A stretch of DNA of 54,277 nucleotides, from contig JBNJDG010000005.1 in NCBI GenBank assembly GCA_051819665.1, forward strand, positions 1 to 54,277, written 5' to 3'. The position numbers and the translations under genes were made by a program. This document shows positions 19,453-32,473 of the stretch, piece by piece. Every line of letters starts with the position of its first letter. The first letter of the stretch is position 1. The DNA comes from Nanobdellota archaeon. Its GTDB lineage: Archaea > Nanobdellota > Nanobdellia > Woesearchaeales > CAZZGN01. The notes under the pieces were generated by a model. It saw nothing but the letters and a program-made list of their open reading frames with translations. It ran no database searches and had not been told where the DNA came from.

Positions 19453-20643
19453 ATGTTAATCGGGATCGTCGGGAAACCAAGTTGTGGAAAAAGTACACTG
19501 TTCAAGGCCTCTTCGCTTGCGGACGTTGATGTGGCCAACTATCCTTTCACTACGATAAAACCTAATCATGCAATAGGATTTGTGAAAACGGAAGACCCCT
19601 CGGAAGAGTTCGGCGTCGAACCAACTCCTAGAACAGGTTTCATGAAAGGCAATTACAGGTTCGTCCCCGTTGACCTGATAGATGTTGCGGGACTTGTCCC
19701 TGATGCCCATAAGGGCGAAGGCATGGGATCACAATTCCTAAATGATCTAAACCAGGCTGATGTTCTCGTCCACGTGATTGATGTAAGCGGAAGTACAAAC
19801 GAGAAAGGAGAACCGGTAAAAAGATTAAGCTATGACCCGGCAAACGATGTAAGGTTCCTCGAGAAAGAGCTGGATCACTGGTACCTCGACATACTTAAGA
19901 GAGGATGGGAAAAATTCGCAAAACAGGTACAACAGGAAGAAGGAGATATAAGAAAAGCGCTTGCCAAACAACTTTCCGGATTAGGCGTTGACCTGGACAT
20001 GGTGGATAAAGCAACAGAGAACCTGAACATAGAGAAACCCCTGGAATGGACTGAAGAACAGCTTTTCAGCATAGCCTCTTACCTTAGAAAAAAATCAAAA
20101 CCGATGATCATAGCTGCAAACAAAGCTGACGTGCCCGGAGCTTATGAGAATTTTGAGAGATTGAAGGAAGAGTTCAAGGATTACATCTTCGTCCCTTGCT
20201 CAGCAGAATCAGAGCTTGCATTGAAAGAAGCTGACAAGGCAGGCATAATAGATTACATTCCCGGATCTGATGATTTCAGCATCCAATCTGAGAACATATC
20301 CGGAAACCAGAAGAAAGCATTGGATTTCATCAGGGACAAGGTCCTTTCGAAACTGGGCTCAACAGGGATCCAGGAGGTACTGGACAAGGCAGTATTCGAA
20401 CTTCTCGACCATATAGCCATATACCCGGGAGGCGTCAATAAGCTTGAAGATAGTGAAGGAAGAGTTCTCCCCGATTGTTTCCTCCTGCCGAACGGTTCAA
20501 CAACCCTTGACTTTGCATATTACCTGCATACTGATTTCGGAAAGAAATTCATAAGAGCCGTGGATGTGAAGAAGAGGATGACCGTGGGGAAAGACCATAA
20601 ACTGAAGAACGGAGATGTCATAGAGATAATAGCAGATAAATGA
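19453..20643 (+). CDS. ychF: OBG-family YchF/Ygr210-like NTPase with TGS domain
   Basis: GKPSCGKST, NYPFTT, DVAG, ANKAD, C-terminal TGS. Confidence 0.9.
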   Translation: MLIGIVGKPSCGKSTLFKASSLADVDVANYPFTTIKPNHAIGFVKTEDPSEEFGVEPTPRTGFMKGNYRFVPVDLIDVAGLVPDAHKGEGMGSQFLNDLNQADVLVHVIDVSGSTNEKGEPVKRLSYDPANDVRFLEKELDHWYLDILKRGWEKFAKQVQQEEGDIRKALAKQLSGLGVDLDMVDKATENLNIEKPLEWTEEQLFSIASYLRKKSKPMIIAANKADVPGAYENFERLKEEFKDYIFVPCSAESELALKEADKAGIIDYIPGSDDFSIQSENISGNQKKALDFIRDKVLSKLGSTGIQEVLDKAVFELLDHIAIYPGGVNKLEDSEGRVLPDCFLLPNGSTTLDFAYYLHTDFGKKFIRAVDVKKRMTVGKDHKLKNGDVIEIIADK

Positions 20644-20648
20644 CCGGA

Positions 20649-21026
20649 TCACTCTTTCTTTGAATCCTCATCAAATTTCTGAAGGAGGTCTACCACATAT
20701 TTGCCCTCTTCAAGCTTATAGACGAGAGGGCTTTTCTTGAAAAGATTGACAAGGTCCAGCTCATACTTTCCCGGTTTCACGACATTGATAGATTCAAGAT
20801 CAAGAACAATAGGCTTATCCTTATCTATCTTACTGCCCATGATGTCATAAACATCCTTCTCGATACGCTTCTTATCCGTGTCAGAAAGATTAAGTTTTTC
20901 TTTTTTCTTCTCTACATCTTTCTTCTTCACAAAGAAAAATAATTTCGCACCGCAGGAACAGCCTTTAAGAATCTCTTCAGCACCATCATCATACATAGTT
21001 CCGCATCTGACACACTGATGTGGCAT
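20649..21026 (-). CDS. oapC: OapC/ArvC zinc-ribbon protein (DUF2072)
   Basis: MPHQCVRCG...GCSCG, ESINVVKPGKYELDL. Confidence 0.85.
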   Translation of the reverse strand: MPHQCVRCGTMYDDGAEEILKGCSCGAKLFFFVKKKDVEKKKEKLNLSDTDKKRIEKDVYDIMGSKIDKDKPIVLDLESINVVKPGKYELDLVNLFKKSPLVYKLEEGKYVVDLLQKFDEDSKKE

Positions 21027-21027
21027 T

Positions 21028-21417
21028 TTAACTCTTTTTCCTCAACTCTTTGGTCAGGAGCTGTATCTTGCTCGGATCCTTCTTGATCTCTTTCACTATG
21101 GTCGCAGGACCTATGATAGTAAGCCCCATTCTGTCACCAAGAAGCATGTTTGCCAGATTCGCTTTGATCTTATCGAATAACCCCTTATCCTGAGACTGCG
21201 GATAGATGACACTCATCTCAACGCCTTTGAACTCATCATCTATCTCTTCCATCGTGACCCGGATAAGCTCGGTCTCTTCTTCCTTTTTCAGCCTGCCTTC
21301 AAGTACCACTATATTATTATCCTTAGCCATCTTCAAGAGTTTGTTTATCTTGGTTACAGGACTAAGGTTCTGTATTTCCGAATGTGGTACGAATTGTAAT
21401 GTCAAACCCATTTTCAA
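21028..21417 (-). CDS. oapB: OapB/ArvB (DUF2073)
   Basis: IVVLEGRL..EEE..LI..TM, GLTIIGPA, IKKDP. Confidence 0.85.
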   Translation of the reverse strand: MKMGLTLQFVPHSEIQNLSPVTKINKLLKMAKDNNIVVLEGRLKKEEETELIRVTMEEIDDEFKGVEMSVIYPQSQDKGLFDKIKANLANMLLGDRMGLTIIGPATIVKEIKKDPSKIQLLTKELRKKS

Positions 21418-22046
21418 TCAACTAATTTGAAAAGCTCCTTGTATAGTTTATCTACGCCTTCGCCGTACTTTGCGGATATTCCCACAACCTTATATTGAGG
21501 GAAAGCTGCTTCTACCTTCTTCAGGTCAGCCTTCTTAAGATCCACCTTGTTCGCTGCTATAAGAACAGGTATGTTCCTTGCCTGAAGATTACCTATGATA
21601 GTTATATTCACTTGTGAATAAGGATCAAGTGTTGAATCCAGAACCACCAGGACAGCGTCCATATCATCCAGCCATTTGATCGCATCTATGATACCCTTGG
21701 TACCTTCCTTGGCCCTCTGTTTGGCTTCTTTCTCTTTCATGCCCTGTTTTATGAAATCCTCATAATCGATCTTGGTAGCTATTCCCGGAGTATCTACGAG
21801 GTTGAAGTTAAGCTCCTTGCCATTCTTCTTCATGGTGACCTCTTCCTTGATCTGTATCTCCCTCGTCTCATGGGATACATTGGATACTGAACCCATCTCT
21901 TCCCCGAGCCAGTCGACACACACCTTATTCGCAAGAGTCGTCTTACCACCATTGGGAGGTCCGTATAATCCGAGCTTCACACCGCCCTTCTTCTTGAATA
22001 ACTTTCCAAGCAACCTATTTAGTACTTTCTTGAACTTCTTAATCAT
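21414..22046 (-). CDS. oapA: OapA/ArvA small Era-like GTPase
   Basis: GPPNGGKTTLAN, HETR, DTPG, NKVD, ISA; N-terminal amphipathic helix. Confidence 0.88.
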   Translation of the reverse strand: MIKKFKKVLNRLLGKLFKKKGGVKLGLYGPPNGGKTTLANKVCVDWLGEEMGSVSNVSHETREIQIKEEVTMKKNGKELNFNLVDTPGIATKIDYEDFIKQGMKEKEAKQRAKEGTKGIIDAIKWLDDMDAVLVVLDSTLDPYSQVNITIIGNLQARNIPVLIAANKVDLKKADLKKVEAAFPQYKVVGISAKYGEGVDKLYKELFKLVD

Positions 22047-22152
22047 TTTACGGGAGATAATCTTTTTTTCTCCTATTTAAAGGTTTTGTTTATAAGAATG
22101 CTGTTTTATAGTATAACAAACCTTTTTAATTAAATCTCTGAAAGAAAAACTG

Positions 22153-22299
22153 ATGAAGCTTTCAGAACTGGCAGGACTGATGGGAAAGAGTGAAGACGAG
22201 GTCAAAGGGATCCTGGACAGCCAGGATACTGTTAAAGTAGATCTGAAGGATGGTAAAAGGAAGAAAAAGGAAAGGGGAAAGATAGAAGTAGTCTCATAG
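22153..22299 (+). CDS. 48-aa microprotein with HTH-like N-terminus (not in ORF track)
   Basis: MKLSELAGLMGKSEDEVKGILDSQDTVKVDLKDGKRKKKERGKIEVVS; TATA-like TTTTTAAT about 30 nt upstream. Confidence 0.65.
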   Translation: MKLSELAGLMGKSEDEVKGILDSQDTVKVDLKDGKRKKKERGKIEVVS

Positions 22300-22348
22300 A
22301 GTATTTTAGACAAAAATTTATAAATAAATTCTCTTCATTAGAATTCTC

Positions 22349-22876
22349 ATGAAAAGATCAATACTCCTCATCGGATTTTACATCATTGTATTTTTCCTGC
22401 TTTTCGCTGTTTTCAGAGGATTTGTAACCGAAGACATGCAGGAAGAGGATATAGATGAACTTAAAGAGGATGAGGGCAACATAACAAAAGAGAAAAATAA
22501 GACTGAAAGATCTTTCTGGCAGAAGGTAAAAGGATACTTTTCGATCGAGGAAAGATTGCCCCAGATGTGCGAATTCAATGAGGATTTCATATGCAATGTC
22601 TATACACCTTCAAGAAGCAATAATGCTATCCAGTTCTTCATAGAGAACGATAAAGGGGAAAGGCTCTTCCTCAGGAACATCACAATAAGGGGCAATACAA
22701 CATGCTCTGCAGATCTGCAGGAGAAGATATATCCCGAACAGGAATTCAGTGTTGCCGTTACCGGATGCAACATGACAGAAGGGAAAGCAGGGATAAGATT
22801 GAACTACCATTTCAATGAAAGGAAGGATGGTATCCTGCACACAGCAACAGGAATGATAAACTATAAAGAAGATTGA
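22349..22876 (+). CDS. Membrane-anchored exported protein with Cys-containing beta domain
   Basis: N-terminal TM, acidic linker, LPQMCEFNEDFIC and two further Cys. Confidence 0.7.
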   Translation: MKRSILLIGFYIIVFFLLFAVFRGFVTEDMQEEDIDELKEDEGNITKEKNKTERSFWQKVKGYFSIEERLPQMCEFNEDFICNVYTPSRSNNAIQFFIENDKGERLFLRNITIRGNTTCSADLQEKIYPEQEFSVAVTGCNMTEGKAGIRLNYHFNERKDGILHTATGMINYKED

Positions 22877-22878
22877 AT

Positions 22879-23574
22879 ATGAAGATCCCAAAGCATATCG
22901 GTTTCATTATGGACGGTAACCGCCGATTTTCCAGGAGATTAATGAAAGAGCCCTGGAAAGGGCACGAATACGGCGCTGATAAAGTAGAGAAGCTCCTCGG
23001 GTGGTTGGGCGATTTAGGGATAAAGGAGACTACACTATACGCTTTCTCTTCTGAGAATACAAAACGGCCGAAAAAAGAATTCGACTTCCTGATGAATATC
23101 TTCGAGAAGGAATTTACAAGACTCAAAGATGATAAGAGGCTGGAAGAGAACGGCATAAGGATCAACATAGTCGGAAATACGAGCATATTCCCTGAAAAAA
23201 TACAGAAGAAGCTTAAAGAGATACAGGAAAAAACAAAGAATAACAACAATTATATTGTCAATTTCGCAATGGGCTATAATGGAAGGGATGAGATCGTCGA
23301 AGCGGTGAAAAAGACCGCCGAGGATGTTATGGAAGGAAAACTCGATAAAGAGGAGATCGACAGGGAGACTATAAGTGAAAGGCTCTACCTGAATTCTGAC
23401 CCAGATATAATCGTAAGAACTTCCGGAGAGAAAAGATTATCGGGTTTCCTCATGTGGCAGTCATGCTATTCTGAGCTGATGTTCATAGATAAGTACTGGC
23501 CGGAGATAGAGAAAGAAGACATAGAGAAAGTTATTGAAGAGTACAGCAGAAGGAAAAGACGCTTCGGAAAATGA
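22879..23574 (+). CDS. uppS: cis-prenyltransferase (polyprenyl diphosphate synthase)
   Basis: HIGFIMDGNRR, YAFSSEN, RTSGEKRLSGF. Confidence 0.95.
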   Translation: MKIPKHIGFIMDGNRRFSRRLMKEPWKGHEYGADKVEKLLGWLGDLGIKETTLYAFSSENTKRPKKEFDFLMNIFEKEFTRLKDDKRLEENGIRINIVGNTSIFPEKIQKKLKEIQEKTKNNNNYIVNFAMGYNGRDEIVEAVKKTAEDVMEGKLDKEEIDRETISERLYLNSDPDIIVRTSGEKRLSGFLMWQSCYSELMFIDKYWPEIEKEDIEKVIEEYSRRKRRFGK

Positions 23575-24492
23575 TCAATGATCCCTTTCTCCTATGTAAT
23601 CACATATATCTAGGATGAACTTTCTGCCCTCTTCTTTCAGACCTAGCTCAGCTATACACTTTTTCGCCTCGGAAATATTGTCCTTGATCATGCCCCTGCA
23701 TCTCTCAAGGTTCCCGGAGGACCTAATGATCTCTCTCGCCTCCTCCGGCGATTTCCCTGAAAGATCCAGACCCTGGGCCAGGAGAGTCTTCTTTCCCTCT
23801 TCTATATCAGAACCGACCGGTTTCCCTATCTTATCCTCTGAACCAAAGATACCTAAGATATCATCCTTTAGCTGGAAAGCTATACCTATGAGCTCCCCTA
23901 TCCTTTCAAGATCAGAATTATCCTTTCTGCCTGCCAACAATCCACCGAGTACCATCGGGCCGGTCGTGGAATAAGCAGCAGTCTTGAGCCTGTATATATC
24001 AAGAATCTCCTCATCTTTAACCGAATCCCTTGAAGATGCAAGCAGATCCTTGTGCTGTCCCCTGCAGACAGTCTCTATCATCCTTGACACATAGGAGACA
24101 ACATCTTCCTTGTTCCTTACCTGTGCAGAATTTATAATCTCAACAGCATAGGTATAAGATACATCCCCCGCTACAATAGCAAGGGAATTTGAAAGATGCC
24201 TGTCCCCCGTGTCCTCATAATACCTTTCATGGACAGTCTTCATGCCCCTCCTTAGAGCATCCTTATCCATTATATCATCATGTATGAGGAGAAAACTCTG
24301 TATAAGTTCAAGCGAAGCTGCAACCCTGAAGACCTCTTCATCATCTTCCCTGAAACAAAGGAAAGTATGATAAAGAAGTCTGGGCCTCAGTCTCTTACCC
24401 CCATTCAGGGTAAAACGCCTAACCTCATCATTGATCCTTCCTTCCTTAGAGGAAAAGAAATTCTCAAGCACTGACTCAATCTTTCTTCTCAT
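23575..24492 (-). CDS. trans-polyprenyl synthetase (GGPP synthase-like)
   Basis: GGKRLRP, IHDDIMD...RRG, GQ..D, KT, FQLKDD, GK..GSD. Confidence 0.9.
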   Translation of the reverse strand: MRRKIESVLENFFSSKEGRINDEVRRFTLNGGKRLRPRLLYHTFLCFREDDEEVFRVAASLELIQSFLLIHDDIMDKDALRRGMKTVHERYYEDTGDRHLSNSLAIVAGDVSYTYAVEIINSAQVRNKEDVVSYVSRMIETVCRGQHKDLLASSRDSVKDEEILDIYRLKTAAYSTTGPMVLGGLLAGRKDNSDLERIGELIGIAFQLKDDILGIFGSEDKIGKPVGSDIEEGKKTLLAQGLDLSGKSPEEAREIIRSSGNLERCRGMIKDNISEAKKCIAELGLKEEGRKFILDICDYIGERDH

Positions 24493-24676
24493 TTTTCTTC
24501 ATTTCCAGAACATGGTTAGCAAGGATCTCTTCCTTCTCCCTTACCTGTTCAAGCTCCTTCTCTATAGAACTCAGCCTTTTATCCATCTCATCAATCCTGG
24601 AGCTGAAAAATTCAGACCATCTTGCGAGTTTGTTATGCTCACGTTTCAACTTCTCGTGCTCCTTATGTATGACCAT
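24476..24676 (-). CDS. Small coiled-coil protein
   Basis: 66 aa with heptad pattern, overlaps the prenyltransferase start, TATA upstream. Confidence 0.55.
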   Translation of the reverse strand: MVIHKEHEKLKREHNKLARWSEFFSSRIDEMDKRLSSIEKELEQVREKEEILANHVLEMKKNEKKD

Positions 24677-24770
24677 AATATCACTGAAGTTTTATCTATT
24701 TAAATAATTTATTGATTCTCTCCTGATAGGCACAATAGTTTTATATATCTGACACGAATACTATGCATAC

Positions 24771-25541
24771 ATGAAAAAATCACTTTATCTCAAGACTGCC
24801 ATAAAATCTGCAAAAGCCGCAGGTAAACTGATCAGGAGAGGCTACGGAAAACATCTTAACCTTCATTACAAGACAGGGATGGAATTTGTTACTGATGTGG
24901 ATACGAACGCAGAAAAGAAAATAATAGAGACCATACGGAAAACATTCCCCGGACATTCAATTTATGGAGAGGAAAGCGGCACCGACAAGAAAGAGAGTGA
25001 GTTCACCTGGATCCTTGACCCGCTTGACGGAACAACAAACTACACCATTTCCAACCCCTTCTTCAATACTTCTATTGCCCTCGTGAGGAAAGATGAGATA
25101 ATAACAGCGGTAGTGTTCAACCCGCTAATGGATGATCTTTTCTATGCAGAGAAAGGGAAAGGTGCTTACCTCAATGATGAGAGAATCTCTGTTGATTCGA
25201 AAGAGGATATGAGGAAAACGGTCCTCGCATTCTGTCACGGATCTAAAAAAGAACATATAAAGAGAGCCACAGAAAATTATTCCAGGATAAAACTGGAGAC
25301 CAAACATGTCAGACAGATGGGAGCAGCAGCTCTCGAGCTTGCCTATGTAGCGAGCGGGAGAATATCAGGATTCTTCATGAACAACATGAATTCTTACGAT
25401 GTTGCCGCAGGCGCTCTTCTTGTGGAAGAAGCAGGAGGGAAAGTGACGGATTTCAATGGAGAAAGGTTCAACATAAATTCGAAAGACATCCTTGCAACGA
25501 ACGGGAGACTCCACCAAAAATTACTTAAAAAGCTGGAATGA
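24771..25541 (+). CDS. suhB: Inositol monophosphatase / FBPase IV family
   Basis: GEE, WILDPLDGTTNY, YDVAAG. Confidence 0.9.
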   Translation: MKKSLYLKTAIKSAKAAGKLIRRGYGKHLNLHYKTGMEFVTDVDTNAEKKIIETIRKTFPGHSIYGEESGTDKKESEFTWILDPLDGTTNYTISNPFFNTSIALVRKDEIITAVVFNPLMDDLFYAEKGKGAYLNDERISVDSKEDMRKTVLAFCHGSKKEHIKRATENYSRIKLETKHVRQMGAAALELAYVASGRISGFFMNNMNSYDVAAGALLVEEAGGKVTDFNGERFNINSKDILATNGRLHQKLLKKLE

Positions 25542-25638
25542 TTTTTAGTTATCCGATAATGATAATAAAGATTTATATAAACTCCGGCTTCTTTCTGGAT
25601 TATATATCATAATAAACATAAAAAGAGAGGGTTAATTT

Positions 25639-29050
<3,412 letters not shown>

Positions 29051-29180
29051 TACTTTTTCTTTTATTCTTCCTTATATTTAAGACGGTTCTAATGATGAAA
29101 AAACAATCAATATCAAAAATTATTTAATTATAAGAAAGAAAATCTCTTTATCAGATAACCTTTAGAGAGTTTGAAATCAG

Positions 29181-30803
29181 ATGGTTAATAAAGAACTGAT
29201 TGATTGGGTGAACAATGCAAAGGAAAAAGGCTTTGATGATAGCCAGATAAAATATTATCTCAATAGATGCGGTTATGACAAAGGGACCATCGATGAATGT
29301 TTTTCAGGGGATTCTATCCTGGACCATATCTCGGACGAGCTGATTTTTCTCATAATATTCAATATAATTATATTCTTCTTTGCTCTTGGAATACCGGATG
29401 GAAAAATTTCAGAAACCCTGAATAAACTGGGTATGCCGCTCCTACTCCTGCCTTCCTTTATAACCATGATAATTACCTGCTACAAGCTTTCCCGAGCAAA
29501 TAGCCAGTACAAGCATTGCCTGTATTCCAATCTCATCATATCCATAACTTCGTCCTTACTCTACCTGCTAATCCACGATAATAATGAAGTGATAATGACA
29601 CTCATTTTCATCGGCCTCGGAATTGCAGTTTCGCCGACATACTTCATATTCAAAAGGCCTGGAGAGAAAAAAAATCTGCCTCTAATAATAAACCAACCAC
29701 TGATAGAAAGGAAGAGCATGAAGGATTTCCTGAGACCGGATGGAATAAAGATCATCATATCTTCCGTTTTCCTGATATTGATGCTGATACCTTTCCTGAT
29801 GAATATTATGGTTGCGGAAGACATCACAAGTGTAAATAGCAAATTGATAGAGACCCTAAGTGAAAGAGGTAAATCAATGAACAAAATTATTGAAGAGATA
29901 AATGAAAAAAATCCCGATAAGACAAAAATAACGGAATTAGGAGAAAAATATGAGAACACAACCCAAATACCTTTCGAGGAGGAAGAACCAGAAGCACACC
30001 TAAAAAGAACTTTTTTCATGAAAACAGCGAACGAGATATACGAATTTCCCCTTATAAGAGCATACCCATACACTCCTGTACCATGTACCAGGAATTTTAT
30101 AGAGGATAAAGACAAATGCAAGAACTATGGAACAAAAGAGAACTATAATAGACTAAAAAGAACAAGCTCTTATGAAAAAAGCTATGATAAGGTATCAGTA
30201 GCGGGTTATATGATACATTGTCTGGCCATTGTTCTTATCGCTTACCTTGGTTCATCGATTCTATACATCCTCAACCATAATATAAGGAAAACCAAAAAGA
30301 GAAACAGGCTCTTAATTGCAGCAATTGGCTTTATCTCATCAATCATTCTGCTGCCTGAAGGAAAACTGGATTCTGTTCTCCTTGTCTCTGCGATGATAAT
30401 CTTCATTGTATTCTTCCTCGACAAAGAACCCTCGAGCAACAAGAATATAATCTACCAGATTATCGGCATCGTTACTATAATGGCAATCATCATACCATTC
30501 TTAATAAATTCAGGAGAAGATTCCAATAATATTCTCGAAGATATAGGTTTCAGGAAGACAGAGTTGAATATGATAGATTGTCAGAACACCAAGAACCTAA
30601 CTAAAGAAGAGAAGGAAGGTATAAACGTGCCTGAAGAACTTATGGGAGAAGATTGGAATGTATGTTATGAGCCCGGATGCAATAAGATATGCGAGGACCA
30701 TTGCTGGGATAAAGACTGGAATATAGAGAGATCAATGTACTTAAGAGGAAACGACCCTGGTTGTTTATGTCAATGCGGCAAATCCCATACTTATCAAGAA
30801 TAG
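29181..30803 (+). CDS. Hypothetical polytopic membrane protein with Cys-rich C-terminus
   Basis: 540 aa, about 9 hydrophobic segments, visibly AT-rich. Confidence 0.7.
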   Translation: MVNKELIDWVNNAKEKGFDDSQIKYYLNRCGYDKGTIDECFSGDSILDHISDELIFLIIFNIIIFFFALGIPDGKISETLNKLGMPLLLLPSFITMIITCYKLSRANSQYKHCLYSNLIISITSSLLYLLIHDNNEVIMTLIFIGLGIAVSPTYFIFKRPGEKKNLPLIINQPLIERKSMKDFLRPDGIKIIISSVFLILMLIPFLMNIMVAEDITSVNSKLIETLSERGKSMNKIIEEINEKNPDKTKITELGEKYENTTQIPFEEEEPEAHLKRTFFMKTANEIYEFPLIRAYPYTPVPCTRNFIEDKDKCKNYGTKENYNRLKRTSSYEKSYDKVSVAGYMIHCLAIVLIAYLGSSILYILNHNIRKTKKRNRLLIAAIGFISSIILLPEGKLDSVLLVSAMIIFIVFFLDKEPSSNKNIIYQIIGIVTIMAIIIPFLINSGEDSNNILEDIGFRKTELNMIDCQNTKNLTKEEKEGINVPEELMGEDWNVCYEPGCNKICEDHCWDKDWNIERSMYLRGNDPGCLCQCGKSHTYQE

Positions 30804-30824
30804 CTGTATAATAAACACATAATC

Positions 30825-30850
30825 GATGTGCTCAGGAAACTATGAAATAA
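30825..30850 (+). repeat. 26-bp direct repeat, copy 2 (tauE-like gene 3' end)
   Basis: GATGTGCTCAGGAAACTATGAAATAA. Confidence 0.9.
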
Positions 30851-31503
30851 AGCCCCATAAGAGAGAGGGCATATTTTATAGCTATCCTGAATTTCCTTTC
30901 ATCTATCATCTTATTTATTCTTTTACCCGCTAGAACAGCTACAATTATAGGCAGAGGGACCCACCATATATTGCTTATTGCAGAGAAATCGAATGTTCCC
31001 TGGATGAAATACTGGAATCCTCTGATTATATTAAGAGAAAGGAAGAACAAAGCAAGATTCGCTCTCAGCTGCTTCTTTCCCATCTCCTGCTCCATTACCT
31101 GCACTGCCAAAGGACCGCCAGTACCCAGAATACCATGAATGAATCCATTGAAGATCATGAACCATCTCTTCAGATTAAAAGAGGTCAATGAAATAAATAT
31201 CACAAATATCCCGAATAGAGTGATAAGCCAATCAGAGCTTATGGATTTCAGGAAGAAAGCACCGAACAACAGACCAGGTATTGCCATCAAAATAAGCCTG
31301 AAGATATCTTTCTTAATATGCTTATAACCGGTAGAGAGGACAAAAATATTCACTATGCTCCCTATAAAAAGGGCAGAGAAGATCCCTATCTTTATATCAA
31401 CAAAAAAAGACAGTATCGAATAGGCGATTATCGTCCCTCCGAAACCCAACGTACTTTCAATCAAAGCACCAACAAAAAAAGCTAAGAGGAGCAGGTATTC
31501 CAT
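30832..31503 (-). CDS. TauE/SafE (TSUP) family exporter
   Basis: LGFGG and GILGTGGP repeats, multiple TM helices. Confidence 0.8.
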   Translation of the reverse strand: MEYLLLLAFFVGALIESTLGFGGTIIAYSILSFFVDIKIGIFSALFIGSIVNIFVLSTGYKHIKKDIFRLILMAIPGLLFGAFFLKSISSDWLITLFGIFVIFISLTSFNLKRWFMIFNGFIHGILGTGGPLAVQVMEQEMGKKQLRANLALFFLSLNIIRGFQYFIQGTFDFSAISNIWWVPLPIIVAVLAGKRINKMIDERKFRIAIKYALSLMGLYFIVS

Positions 31504-31660
31504 AGAAATTGGCCCTTCCCAGTCATTTATAAGAGTTATTGATGCAGAAATTTAGTATAGTTTTTTCTACATGGGTATACAAATTCAAAAAATATATAAA
31601 TAAGGGACAATTCCGGCTTTGCTTGTTGACAATCACCCAATATCAAGAGGCGGAATAATA

Positions 31661-32473
31661 ATGAGAAAAATATGCGTTATCAATCAGAAAGGAGGAATAG
31701 GGAAGACAACGACAGCACTAAATCTCGCAGCAGGATTATCAAGATTTGACAGGAAAGTCCTGCTCATAGACCTTGATCCCCAGAGCAATATAGAACTTTC
31801 AATCCCTCTCGAGAACAGCCTTACAGCCTATGATTTCCTTTTTGAGGAAGTCCTTCTGTCAGAATGCGTTAACAGGGCAGGCAAGAACCTCGATATAGTA
31901 AGAGGAGATAAGGATATCGTGTATGCAGAACAGGATGTTCTTAATGAGAAGGAAGGGATGACAAGGATCAAGAACAGGCTCAATACTATAGAAGAATACG
32001 ATTATGTGATCTTTGACTGCGGGCCTTCTATGTCAACAATAAACAGATGTGCTCTTCTTTATTCAAACGAGGTCCTTATACCCACTTCCTCAGATTACCT
32101 CGGATATGAGAGCCTGATAAAGATGGTCAAGACAATAGAGCATTTCTCTGACAGGTTCAGTCACGAGCTCTACGTGAGCAAGATCATACCCACTCTCTTT
32201 GATAAGAGGAACAAGATCTGCCATGCCGTATTAAGAGATATCAGGAACGAATACTACCAGTATGTCTCTGAGCCGATAAACATAAACTCTAAGCTCAAGG
32301 AAGCACCCATGAAGAAAAAGTCAATCTTCTCCTACGACAAGAACTCGGCCGGCGCAAAAGATTACATGTCCCTCGTGAAATCTGTGCTCAATGATGAACC
32401 AAAGCACAGCACGGACAGTTCTCTTGATAGTTATACGAACAAGACAAAAAAGGAAATAACGGCGGAAGATTAG
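31661..32473 (+). CDS. parA: ParA/Soj family ATPase
   Basis: NQKGGIGKTT, IDLDPQ, FDCGPS, PTLFD. Confidence 0.9.
   Translation: MRKICVINQKGGIGKTTTALNLAAGLSRFDRKVLLIDLDPQSNIELSIPLENSLTAYDFLFEEVLLSECVNRAGKNLDIVRGDKDIVYAEQDVLNEKEGMTRIKNRLNTIEEYDYVIFDCGPSMSTINRCALLYSNEVLIPTSSDYLGYESLIKMVKTIEHFSDRFSHELYVSKIIPTLFDKRNKICHAVLRDIRNEYYQYVSEPININSKLKEAPMKKKSIFSYDKNSAGAKDYMSLVKSVLNDEPKHSTDSSLDSYTNKTKKEITAED

Noticed and set aside
22047..22348. Replication origin next to oapABC
   Set aside because: No ORB-like repeats or cdc6; the space holds promoters and a small ORF
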